A DNA stretch of 64,000 bases. Origin: Candidatus Aenigmatarchaeota archaeon. GTDB lineage: Archaea > Aenigmatarchaeota > Aenigmatarchaeia > QMZP01 > QMZT01. Each line of letters opens with the position of its first letter. Position 1 is the first letter of the stretch. The DNA lies in assembly GCA_026397315.1 (NCBI GenBank), contig JAPLVC010000007.1:64001-128000 (forward strand), read 5' to 3'. Made by a program: the position numbers and the translations under genes. This document shows, piece after piece, positions 29,949 through 39,196 of the stretch. Under the pieces are notes generated by a model. That model made no database searches. It worked only from the letters and a program-made list of their open reading frames with translations, and was not told where the DNA came from.

Positions 29949-31262
29949 ATGATAAAGGTCCTGCTTATCGGCAACGGTGCGAGGGAACACGCGATTGCGG
30001 AGGCTATACGCCGTTCTCCGCAGCCGCATAAACTTTATTCTTTCATGAAATCCAACAACCCAGGGATTCGCACGCTCTCTGAGAAATGCGAGCTGGGCGA
30101 TTACAATGATATGGAAAAGCTTTCCTCGTTCGCGAAAAACGTCGGAGCGGACGTCTGCGTTGTCGGCCCCGAGGCGCCGCTGGATTACGGGGCGGTAGAC
30201 GCGCTCGCGAAGATTGGCGTGCCGTCCGTGGGACCTGTCAAAGAGCTGGCGAAACTCGAGACGTCGAAAGCGTTCACCCGCAATCTGGCCAGAAAATACA
30301 GAATACCCGGTTCGCCTGCATTCGAAATTTTCAGGGACATGGACGGTGTAAAGGAATTTCTGCAATCGCTGGATTCTTTCGTCGTCAAGCCTGACGGCCT
30401 GACTGGCGGCAAGGGCGTCATGGTCCACGGAGAGCATCTGAAAGACGTTAGCGACGCGCTGCGCTACTGCGAAAGCGTCCTACGTTCTCACGCGTCTGTC
30501 ATAATTGAAGAGAAACTCGAAGGCGAAGAATTCTCGTTGCAGAGCTTCACCGACGGGCGTTTTGTTCTCGATTGCCCGCCCGCGCAGGATCACAAAAGAG
30601 CATATGCGAACGACGAAGGCCCTAACACGGGCGGCATGGGCTCATATTCATGCGCCGACCATCTGCTGCCGTTCATCAGGAAAAGCGACCTTGAGGAGGC
30701 GCATCGCATAACCGAGCTTTTCGCGAGGGCCATCGAAAAGGAGCACGGCAAGCTTTACGTGGGTGTGATGTATGGCGGCTTCATGGTAACGCGCGACGGC
30801 GTAAAGCTGTTGGAATACAACGCGCGCCTCGGAGACCCGGAGACGATGAACGTGCTGCCGATACTCAGCAGTGATTTCATAGATTTATGTTTCGGTATCA
30901 CGAACGGTGCACTAGCGAAAACGAAGGCCGAGTTCGATAAGAAGGCGACCGTATGCAAATACGTGGTGCCTCAGGGTTATCCTGACAATCCGGTGAAAGG
31001 GGAGAAAATCGAGCTCGGCGCAGCAGCGGGAGCGAAAGTGTATTACGCATCGGTGGACCAGAAGCCGGACGGCCTTTACATGAGCGGTTCGAGAGCGGTT
31101 GCATTCGTAGGCATATCGCACGACTTCGCGGAAGCCGAGAGGCTCGCTGAAGAAGCGGTGAAGTCAGTGAAAGGGAAAGTGTTCCACAGGCCGGACATAG
31201 GCACCCAGGCGCTTCTGGACAAGCGCGTGCGCCACATGGAAATGATAAGAGGTAAAAAATGA
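29949..31262 (+). CDS. purD: Phosphoribosylamine-glycine ligase
   Basis: GxGAREHA, GPEAPL, QDHKR and GPNTGGMG motifs. Confidence 0.97.
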   Translation: MIKVLLIGNGAREHAIAEAIRRSPQPHKLYSFMKSNNPGIRTLSEKCELGDYNDMEKLSSFAKNVGADVCVVGPEAPLDYGAVDALAKIGVPSVGPVKELAKLETSKAFTRNLARKYRIPGSPAFEIFRDMDGVKEFLQSLDSFVVKPDGLTGGKGVMVHGEHLKDVSDALRYCESVLRSHASVIIEEKLEGEEFSLQSFTDGRFVLDCPPAQDHKRAYANDEGPNTGGMGSYSCADHLLPFIRKSDLEEAHRITELFARAIEKEHGKLYVGVMYGGFMVTRDGVKLLEYNARLGDPETMNVLPILSSDFIDLCFGITNGALAKTKAEFDKKATVCKYVVPQGYPDNPVKGEKIELGAAAGAKVYYASVDQKPDGLYMSGSRAVAFVGISHDFAEAERLAEEAVKSVKGKVFHRPDIGTQALLDKRVRHMEMIRGKK

Positions 31263-32104
31263 CAGCCAGGATAATGGACGGCAGGAGGCTTTCGACCAGG
31301 ATAATTTCAGATCTCAAGAAGAAGGTCGGGATTTTGTCGAAGAAAGGCATCGTCCCGAGGCTGGATATCATTCTTGTCGGAGAGGACAACGCCTCGAAAA
31401 TCTACGTGAGTAACAAGATACGCACATCAGAGCAAATCGGGATAAAAGGCGAACTGCACAAGTTCCCAGAGAAAACCAGCAAGGAGAAAATAATCAGGGA
31501 GATAAAGAAGCTCAATGCGAACGAGAAAGTCCACGGCATACTGGTCCAGCTGCCGCTGCCGCAGCATCTTGACGAGCAGGAAATAGTGGATAAGATAGAG
31601 CCTTCCAAAGACGTCGACGGCCTCACGACATACAGCATAGGCAGGCTCACAACTGGAAACGCCAACTTCGAGTCGTGCACGCCGAAAGGCATAATCAGGC
31701 TCATTGAAAACGAAAAGATAAAGATCGAGGGAAGAAACGCTGTCGTGATCGGCAGGAGCAATATAGTGGGCAAGCCCATTTCGCTCATGCTGCTCAGGCG
31801 AAACGCGACAGTCACGATATGCCACTCGAAAACAAAGCAGCTTCAGGAGCACACGAAAAACGCCGACATAATAATCGCGGCCGTGGGCAGGGCCAATTTC
31901 CTGAAGGAAGCGATGGTCAAGAAAGGAGCTATCGTGATTGACGTGGGTATGAACCGCGACGGAGGCAAAATAGCAGGCGACGTGGATTTCGATAAAGTAA
32001 AATTCAAAGCCTCTTACATCACACCAGTTCCTGGCGGCGTCGGTCCCATGACGGTCGCGATGCTCATGGAGAACACGCTGAAGGCGGCTAGGGCAAAACT
32101 CTGA
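31259..32104 (+). CDS. folD: Methylene-THF dehydrogenase/cyclohydrolase
   Basis: KDVDG, CTP, GRSxIVGKP and TPVPGGVGPMT motifs. Confidence 0.97.
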   Translation: MTARIMDGRRLSTRIISDLKKKVGILSKKGIVPRLDIILVGEDNASKIYVSNKIRTSEQIGIKGELHKFPEKTSKEKIIREIKKLNANEKVHGILVQLPLPQHLDEQEIVDKIEPSKDVDGLTTYSIGRLTTGNANFESCTPKGIIRLIENEKIKIEGRNAVVIGRSNIVGKPISLMLLRRNATVTICHSKTKQLQEHTKNADIIIAAVGRANFLKEAMVKKGAIVIDVGMNRDGGKIAGDVDFDKVKFKASYITPVPGGVGPMTVAMLMENTLKAARAKL

Positions 32105-32152
32105 TTTTAGCTGTAGATATCTTTTAAATTATTTTACTCGTTAAAAGTGAAG

Positions 32153-32413
32153 ATGGGAAGAAATAACAACAGGATGTTTGTAAACAACGTTCCTAAACCA
32201 GAGGAACCACGTGCTACTGAATCCCCAGATTCGCATACATAGCGGGTTAGAGTGGCCCATAAAGGAATAGGCAGAGCATTGGCGGAACAGACTAATGGTG
32301 AGTATAATCCCGGAGATAACACGGTTACAACCGGTTATATAACCAAAGAAAAGATGCAACTTCTCAATAAGTATTACGGACCTGAAATAAGAAAATACAA
32401 GTTACAGATGTGA
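32153..32413 (+). pseudogene. 87-codon orphan reading frame interrupted by an in-frame TAG at 32240-32242
   Basis: Manual translation; frame stays open to TGA at 32413; TTTAAA box about 28 nt upstream of ATG. Confidence 0.4.
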
Positions 32414-32503
32414 TTGTTTTCAAATTATCGGAAAATTAATTTTTAAAAGACAAAAACAATTTGGAATTATGTATAATAATTATTTGTGAGCGGGAGGGTT
32501 AAC

Positions 32504-33118
32504 ATGACTGTCAAGATTGGTGTGATTGGGTCGACGAAGGGAACGGACATGCAGGCGGTAATAGACGCTATCGCCCGCAAGCAGCTGGACGCGAAAATCG
32601 TCTGCGTCCTTTCGAACAAGGAGGACGCATATATTCTCGAGCGGGCGAAGGACAACGGCATAGACTCGATATTCCTCGACTACGAGGGCGACAAGCGCGT
32701 CCTGTTCGATAAGGCGGCGGCGCATGAGTTTGACCAGCGCGGCGTCGAACTCATCCTGCTCATCGGTTACATGAAAATACTTTCGCCGTGGTTCTGCACC
32801 CACTACGAGAACAGGATAATGAACATCCATCCGTCGCTTCTCCCGCTGTTCTCGGGGGGCAAGGATGTCAATATTCATGAGGAAGTGCTCAAGCTCGGCC
32901 TCAAGGTCACCGGGTGCACGCTGCACTTCGTTACGCCGGAAGTCGACCACGGGCCGATAATAATGCAGTTGCCCGTGCCAGTCGAGGATATCGACACGCC
33001 CGAGTCGCTCAAGGGGAAAGTGCAGGCGGCCGAGCAGGCAGTCATACTCGAGGCGATAAGGCTTTACGGCGAAGGCAAGATCAAGGTCGAGGGGAATAAA
33101 GTGAGGCTTTTAAAATGA
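32504..33118 (+). CDS. purN: Phosphoribosylglycinamide formyltransferase (folate-dependent)
   Basis: GYMKIL, NIHPSLLP, GCTLHFV and DHGPII motifs. Confidence 0.96.
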   Translation: MTVKIGVIGSTKGTDMQAVIDAIARKQLDAKIVCVLSNKEDAYILERAKDNGIDSIFLDYEGDKRVLFDKAAAHEFDQRGVELILLIGYMKILSPWFCTHYENRIMNIHPSLLPLFSGGKDVNIHEEVLKLGLKVTGCTLHFVTPEVDHGPIIMQLPVPVEDIDTPESLKGKVQAAEQAVILEAIRLYGEGKIKVEGNKVRLLK

Positions 33119-34689
33119 AGATAAAGCGCGCCCTGATTTCCGTAACGGAAAAGAAAGGCATAGTCGAATTTGCCAGGGCGCTGGAAAATCTGGGCGTCGA
33201 GATTATTTCTACGGGCGGCACAACCAAGGTTCTCAAAGAGAACGGCGTCAGGATTATTCCCATTGAAGATTTCACAGGCCTGCCGGAAATGATGGACGGG
33301 CGCGTCAAAACGCTCCACCCGAAGATCCACGGCGGCATACTGGCTGTCAGGGAAAACAAGGCCCACATGGACCAAGCTTCCGGGCACGGCATACGCATGA
33401 TAGACCTCGTCGTCGTCAATCTCTACCAGTTCAGCAAGACAGTCGAGGATGAGAACGTGGCCAGCGAAAAGGCGATTGAGAACATCGATATCGGCGGCCC
33501 GGCGCTCGTACGCTCGTCTGCCAAGAACTACAAGGACGTCGTCATAGTCACCGATCCGCAAGATTACGCCAAAGTGCTGGAACAGATAAAAAGGAGCGGA
33601 GACGTCGACATGAATACGCGGCAGTCGCTCGCTCTCAAGGCGTTCAGGATGACGAGCGATTACGACGGTGAAATCGACCGCTTCTTCAGCAAGCGCTTCC
33701 ACGGCGAAGACGTCGTGAGGATGCGCTTCTCCGGCGGCAGACCGCTCCGCTACGGCGAGAACTGGCACCAGAAGGCGAAGATTTATGCTCAAGACGGCTC
33801 ATTCTCACTGGCGAGCGCGAAACAGCTCCACGGCAAAGAGATGTCATACAACAACTATCTAGATGCCGAGAGCGCGCTCGAAGCCTCGTCGGACATGATG
33901 CCCACGAAAAGCGCGGGCGCGGTAATAGTGAAACACACGAACCCTTGTGGCTACGCGACCGGCGCGTCCCTGCGCGAGGCGCTGGAGCACGCATGGAGCG
34001 GCGATCCAGTATCCGCTTTCGGCGGCGTGATAGCTCTGAATAGAACCATGGACAGGGAAACCGCGGAATTCCTGAAGGACAAGTTCATCGAGATAATAAT
34101 CGCACCGGCTTTCGATGAGAAAGCCATGGAAATTCTGAAAGAAAAGAAGAACCTGCGCTTGCTCGAGACAGGAGAGCTGACGCCAGAGACGAAGCATCAC
34201 AGGTTCATAACAGGCGGCCTGCTGGTGCAGGACAGGGACTCTGGTTATGCAAACAAGAGCGAGTTCAAGACCGTGACCAAAATAGAGTTCCCGGAAAATA
34301 AAAAAGACACAGCGCTCTTCGCGTGCCTGGCGTGCAAGCACACAAAATCGAATGCGATAGTAATCGCGCGCGAATACAAACCGGGCCTGTATCATGTGAT
34401 AGGCATGGGCGCGGGCCAGCCCAACCGCGTCACGTCGCTGAAGATTGCATTAAAAAAAGCCAAGGAAAATCTCGGAGCGATGAAACTTGCCGAGCATGAG
34501 ATTGCTAACTGCGTTCTCGCTAGCGATTCCTTCTTCCCGTTCCCCGACTCTATAGAGGAAGCGTGCAAACACGGCATCCGCTTCATCGTCCAGCCCGGAG
34601 GCTCGGTCAAGGACGGCGAAATCATAGAAACGTGCAACCTCCACGGCATAGCGATGGTTTTCACGGGACGGCGCATGTTCAGGCACTGA
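33115..34689 (+). CDS. purH: Bifunctional AICAR transformylase/IMP cyclohydrolase
   Basis: RALISV, GRVKTLHPKIHGG, IDIGGP, LRYGEN, KHTNPCG and SDSFFPF motifs. Confidence 0.97.
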   Translation: MKIKRALISVTEKKGIVEFARALENLGVEIISTGGTTKVLKENGVRIIPIEDFTGLPEMMDGRVKTLHPKIHGGILAVRENKAHMDQASGHGIRMIDLVVVNLYQFSKTVEDENVASEKAIENIDIGGPALVRSSAKNYKDVVIVTDPQDYAKVLEQIKRSGDVDMNTRQSLALKAFRMTSDYDGEIDRFFSKRFHGEDVVRMRFSGGRPLRYGENWHQKAKIYAQDGSFSLASAKQLHGKEMSYNNYLDAESALEASSDMMPTKSAGAVIVKHTNPCGYATGASLREALEHAWSGDPVSAFGGVIALNRTMDRETAEFLKDKFIEIIIAPAFDEKAMEILKEKKNLRLLETGELTPETKHHRFITGGLLVQDRDSGYANKSEFKTVTKIEFPENKKDTALFACLACKHTKSNAIVIAREYKPGLYHVIGMGAGQPNRVTSLKIALKKAKENLGAMKLAEHEIANCVLASDSFFPFPDSIEEACKHGIRFIVQPGGSVKDGEIIETCNLHGIAMVFTGRRMFRH

Positions 34690-34696
34690 AAGATTA

Positions 34697-36025
34697 TTAA
34701 AAAAGTTCTTCACAGAAAGCGTTTACTGCTTCTTTCATGTCTGGCTGTTTCACGTAAAGGTTTATGGCAGGTCCCGCCACGTCGACCTGGGAGGATATGA
34801 CTATGTTTATGCCTCTTTTGCCGAGTATTCCGGTGAGAAAAGACGTCGTCCCGGGAATGTCTTTCATCGCATCTCCCGTAAGGCCGATGCCTCCTAATGT
34901 TCTGGAACTCACTTCTGGCTCGTGGCCCAGTTTTTCCAGGTGGTTCTTCAACAGTGCGGCATAATCATCTTCATGGCCTCCGTGGTTTTGCATCACGACG
35001 CAAAGCTCGTTGGCAGGCATGACAGTCTCGAATGTGCTGTTGTCGCCCTCGTCAAGTTCATCTATTATCTTGCGGTAATAGCTCCTTATGTTGCTGTCCC
35101 GCACGTCTATGAGCAAAAAGTTGCCTGCTGAAATGACAGCGACAGGATGCTCTCGGGTGGTCCCGGATTCACTGGAAATGACAGTCGATCCGTCGTTTTC
35201 CATGCTTTTGACAACTATCATGAGGCCGGCATTCTTCGATATCTCCACTGCTTTCGGATGGATGACTTTCGCTCCTCTCCATGTTATCTGGCCCGCCTCG
35301 CCGTAGCTCAGCTTGGGAACAATATCGGTCTTGCAGAATTCCGGCTCGACCCTGTATATGCCGGGAACCTCTTTTATTATTTCGTACCTTTGCGCGCCAA
35401 GCGCGCGGGAAACCAGCGCGCCCGTGATGTCAGTGCTGTTGCGTCCCATGAGCTTGTATTTGCCGTTGTCGACGTGGCTTCCCACGTAGCCTCCGACTAT
35501 CCTGACTGACTTGGATTTACGCGCGAGGTTTTTATTTATCCGCTGGATAGAAGCATTCACGAGTGGAAGGCCGTTGAAATTGACGCACACGCCCGCTTCG
35601 CAGCCGTCCGTGTAGGAGGCACAAATCCCTCTCAAACCAAGCGCATGGCGGAGCAGGATGCCGGAATGGTTTTCCCCAAGCGCAAGGAACCTGTCGTAAT
35701 CGCGCTCTGCTAGAATGCCTTCCATGAGCGAAAGCTCCTTCTCAATTTCTTTAACTGCCAGTTTTCTTTCCATCCCATCGGCAACATTCTCTAATATTTG
35801 ATTGTAATTTGCATGAAGTTCTCCCTTTAGGTCGCCGATTTTCCTCCTGCCGTCCATTGAATCGATGAGAAGGTTGCTGACACCAGACGGAGCAGAAACG
35901 ACCGCCACGGGCGAATAGCCGTCGTTTATCTGGCGGGATAAGTATTCAGCGGCGCTGGTGAAGCCATGGTAATCTTTGAAAGCGGAACCGCCGAACTTGT
36001 CGCAAACGACATTTGGCCTTGGCAT
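34697..36025 (-). CDS. Divergent aspartokinase-like protein with C-terminal ACT-like region
   Basis: KFGGS, VVSA, GE, GRxxxD and GAKVIHP motifs; several canonical residues altered. Confidence 0.75.
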   Translation of the reverse strand: MPRPNVVCDKFGGSAFKDYHGFTSAAEYLSRQINDGYSPVAVVSAPSGVSNLLIDSMDGRRKIGDLKGELHANYNQILENVADGMERKLAVKEIEKELSLMEGILAERDYDRFLALGENHSGILLRHALGLRGICASYTDGCEAGVCVNFNGLPLVNASIQRINKNLARKSKSVRIVGGYVGSHVDNGKYKLMGRNSTDITGALVSRALGAQRYEIIKEVPGIYRVEPEFCKTDIVPKLSYGEAGQITWRGAKVIHPKAVEISKNAGLMIVVKSMENDGSTVISSESGTTREHPVAVISAGNFLLIDVRDSNIRSYYRKIIDELDEGDNSTFETVMPANELCVVMQNHGGHEDDYAALLKNHLEKLGHEPEVSSRTLGGIGLTGDAMKDIPGTTSFLTGILGKRGINIVISSQVDVAGPAINLYVKQPDMKEAVNAFCEELF

Positions 36026-36178
36026 TTTATATGCTTATAGAGAATATTATTTAAGTATTTTTATAACTGATGGTTATACTTATTTCTTATCATAAATATG
36101 TCAAGAAGGAGTAACCGCTTCGACTTCACCGGCACGTGTATGTTCAAGCATTAAAAACGCGGCGCGATTATTTCTCTT

Positions 36179-37498
36179 ATGAATTATGCCGAGGCGACGG
36201 GTTACATACAGCGACTGAACAAGTTTGGCATGAAGCTCGGCCTTGAAAGGGTGGAAAGGCTTCTGGAACTTTTGGGAAATCCGCAGAAGAGCTTTCGCTC
36301 CATTCTTGTGGGCGGCACGAGCGGCAAGGGCTCGACGACAGTCATGATTGGCTCCGTGCTGCGCGAGGCGGGTTACAGGACAGGCGTCTTCGTCAAGCCG
36401 CATCTCTCGGATTTCAGGGAAAGAATCTCCGTCGACGGCAAAATGATTCCGGAAAGCGATTTTGTCAGGCTGGTTGGAAAAATAAAGCCGCTCGCCGAGA
36501 GGATGAGCGTCGAAAGCGAGGGACCGACTTTTTTCGAATTCATCACGGCGGTCGCTTTCGAGTATTTCTGCGAGCAGCGCGTGCAGTTCGCTGCGGTCGA
36601 AGTGGGGCTCGGAGGCAGACTGGACGCGACCAACACGCTCATCCCGGACGTGTGCATCATAACGCATGTCTCGCTGGAGCACACGAACATACTCGGCGAT
36701 ACTGTTGAAAAAATCGCCCGCGAGAAGGCGGGCATAATAAAGCGAGGCTGCGTCCTGGTCACGGCGGACAAAAACAAGGACGTCTTACGCCTGCTGGAAA
36801 AAACCTGCGCCGAAAGGGGGGCGAAATTCCTCAGGGCGCCGGAAATAAGGAACGCGATTTCCACTTCAGCAGGGAATGAATTCATATTCGAAGGCGAGAG
36901 TATTTTCGTGGCGCTGGCCGGAAGGTTTCAGCTCGAAAACATTGCGTGCGCGCTGGCGGCGATTCGCTCGCTCGGCGAAATTCCCGTAAAAGCGATAAAG
37001 AAAGGCCTCGCGAATACGAAATGGCCCGGGCGTTTCGAGCTTGTAAGCAAACGGCCTTTCGTGCTTCTGGACGGGGCGAAAGACGTTGCTTCGACGAGGA
37101 GCCTGACCGGTTCGCTGAACCTGATAAAATACAACAAGCTCTACACGGTCTTCGGCGTTTCGGACGACAAGCTCTTTCCGGAGATGTTGCGCGAGCTAGC
37201 TGGCGCGACGGACTTTTTCATTTTCACGAAGCACAAGATGCTTAACAGGGGCGTCGAGCCTTCGGAACTCGCGCGCTACGCCGGGAAACAAAATAAAAAC
37301 TTCATAATTGTAAACGACGTCAAGGACGCTGTGAGAAAGGCGATGAAGCTCGCCGGCAAAAATGACCTCGTGCTTGTGACAGGCTCGCTTTTCACGGTCG
37401 GGGAAGCGAGAGAGATATGGTTCAGAAAAAAATCCAGGATGGGGCGCGAGTTCAACGAAAACGTTAAGGTCGCTACCGAAAGAAATCGGCAGTTTTAA
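36179..37498 (+). CDS. folC: Folylpolyglutamate/dihydrofolate synthase
   Basis: GTxGKGS, EVGLGGRLDATN, WPGR and GSLF motifs. Confidence 0.93.
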   Translation: MNYAEATGYIQRLNKFGMKLGLERVERLLELLGNPQKSFRSILVGGTSGKGSTTVMIGSVLREAGYRTGVFVKPHLSDFRERISVDGKMIPESDFVRLVGKIKPLAERMSVESEGPTFFEFITAVAFEYFCEQRVQFAAVEVGLGGRLDATNTLIPDVCIITHVSLEHTNILGDTVEKIAREKAGIIKRGCVLVTADKNKDVLRLLEKTCAERGAKFLRAPEIRNAISTSAGNEFIFEGESIFVALAGRFQLENIACALAAIRSLGEIPVKAIKKGLANTKWPGRFELVSKRPFVLLDGAKDVASTRSLTGSLNLIKYNKLYTVFGVSDDKLFPEMLRELAGATDFFIFTKHKMLNRGVEPSELARYAGKQNKNFIIVNDVKDAVRKAMKLAGKNDLVLVTGSLFTVGEAREIWFRKKSRMGREFNENVKVATERNRQF

Positions 37499-37522
37499 TA
37501 TGGCTCAGAATAAATATAAAAC

Positions 37523-38017
37523 ATGAAAAAGGTTCACGCTGTTGCAATACCTCTGGTCATTATCGCTATATTTGCTGTTGTGATATTTTTCACGCCGCTT
37601 TTCATTTTCCACGCAGTAAGCACGGATAAAAGTGTATATTCACCCGGAGAAAAGGTTTTGATTGCATCCTCTGATTTCGGATTCGGAATGTATTGCACAT
37701 GTCAAAACCCGCAGCTGGAAATCTACCGTTTTGCTGATGAAAAATGGGAGAAGATTCCACACAATCCGCCTTTGGGGATCTATCAATGCGTGAATGAGAC
37801 ATTGTATCATTCGAGTGCAATGATGTGTGACACTATATTCTGTCAGACAAAGGTGGTTGAAGAGCGTTTTGAATACGGATGGTACGCGCAAATCTTCAGA
37901 GGCGAGGAAAGGACCTGCGGCAACAAAACATACACTTATTATGATAAAGTTGACGCTCAGAAAGGGACTTACAAAGCAAAATATGGTATGGCAGAAGCTG
38001 TTTTTGAAATTATCTGA
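37523..38017 (+). CDS. Hypothetical membrane-anchored Cys-containing protein
   Basis: N-terminal TM helix; TDKxxYxxGE Ig-like start; several Cys. Confidence 0.6.
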   Translation: MKKVHAVAIPLVIIAIFAVVIFFTPLFIFHAVSTDKSVYSPGEKVLIASSDFGFGMYCTCQNPQLEIYRFADEKWEKIPHNPPLGIYQCVNETLYHSSAMMCDTIFCQTKVVEERFEYGWYAQIFRGEERTCGNKTYTYYDKVDAQKGTYKAKYGMAEAVFEII

Positions 38018-38617
38018 TTACTTCTTCTTGGCCTTCAGAAACTTGAAGCAGTTGACCACGCCTTTCTCGGTTACTATCTTGTGCACTTTGACGTCCATCT
38101 TGTTGGATGGTATCTCGTGCACAAGCTGGAAATCGTATCCCAGCGCTATGACCGGCACCCCCTTGCTTATCTTCTTGAGGAACCTGTCGTAGAATCCCGT
38201 TCCGTAACCGACTCTGTTGCCGTATTTATCGAACGCTATGCCAGGCACTATAACCAGATCGACGCTTTTTATGTCCATCTGGTGCAGGTGCTTGGGCTCA
38301 GGTATGCCGAATGAACCCGGTGAAAGGTCGTTCAGGTTGTCGAGCTCGGACAGAAGCAGCTTTTTGTTTTTCACGTCAGCCAAAGGCACAAGTATCTTTT
38401 TCCCCTTGGTAAGGGATTCTGAAATCATGTCGTATGTCCTCACTTCGCCCCTGACTGAAACGTAGAAGAGGATTGTTTTTGCGCTCTTGTATTCAGGAAG
38501 CTCCATGAGTCTTTTCTTTATGGCCTCGTCTTTCGGTTGTTTGATGTCGCCTTTCTGCGTGGACCTCCTGGTGAGTATGTCCCTTCTTATTATATCTTTA
38601 GGATAAAGCCATGCCAT
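38018..38617 (-). CDS. 5-formyltetrahydrofolate cyclo-ligase
   Basis: VPGIAFD, RVGYGxGFYDRFL and DVxV motifs. Confidence 0.93.
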   Translation of the reverse strand: MAWLYPKDIIRRDILTRRSTQKGDIKQPKDEAIKKRLMELPEYKSAKTILFYVSVRGEVRTYDMISESLTKGKKILVPLADVKNKKLLLSELDNLNDLSPGSFGIPEPKHLHQMDIKSVDLVIVPGIAFDKYGNRVGYGTGFYDRFLKKISKGVPVIALGYDFQLVHEIPSNKMDVKVHKIVTEKGVVNCFKFLKAKKK

Positions 38618-38712
38618 ATTACTTACATATTATGTCAATCAGTTAAAAAGCATGATGTTCTGAAAGAAAACTTTTATTGTCTGGCCTTATATATAATTTA
38701 TTCGGTGAACGC

Positions 38713-39195
38713 ATGTGGGTTGTGGGAGTCGGTTACAAGCATGAGCATAGGGACCCTGCAGGTGAGAACGCGAAGGCTGACATACTTGGCCTGGGGTCTT
38801 ATGACGTGAAAAACGTCAAGACGCTGCAGACATACGTTATCGACGGCGATCTGGAAAGCGGCGACGCCGAACGTATAGGCAGGGAGCTGCTAGCCGATGG
38901 AGTAATACAATATTTCAAATTCAGTCATTTCTCGGATGACGGCAGTCACGCGGCCTTCGCTAGTGCGTCAAACGCATGGATAGTCGAAGTGTTCTTCAGG
39001 CCGGGCGTCATGGACCCTGTCGGCCTCTCCGTCGCTAGCGCTATAAGCGTTCTCGGCGTGAAGAGTGTAAGGTCTGTGAGAACCGGCACCACTTACGTGA
39101 TAGAGGGCGACCTGAGCGAAAGCGAGGTAAAGGCGATTTGCGAAAAATGCCTGGCCAACGACCTGATACAGACGTATGCTTACAGGAGAATCTGA
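38713..39195 (+). CDS. purS: PurS, tandem two-domain form
   Basis: Two PurS-like repeats (DP..G...LAD.VIQ and PGVMDP...LAN.LIQ); immediately upstream of purL. Confidence 0.85.
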   Translation: MWVVGVGYKHEHRDPAGENAKADILGLGSYDVKNVKTLQTYVIDGDLESGDAERIGRELLADGVIQYFKFSHFSDDGSHAAFASASNAWIVEVFFRPGVMDPVGLSVASAISVLGVKSVRSVRTGTTYVIEGDLSESEVKAICEKCLANDLIQTYAYRRI

Positions 39196-39196
39196 A

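Noticed and set aside
32240-32242. Genome-wide amber recoding
   Set aside because: TAG ends several conserved genes at their expected positions (carS, HD hydrolase, purB, MgtC-family gene)
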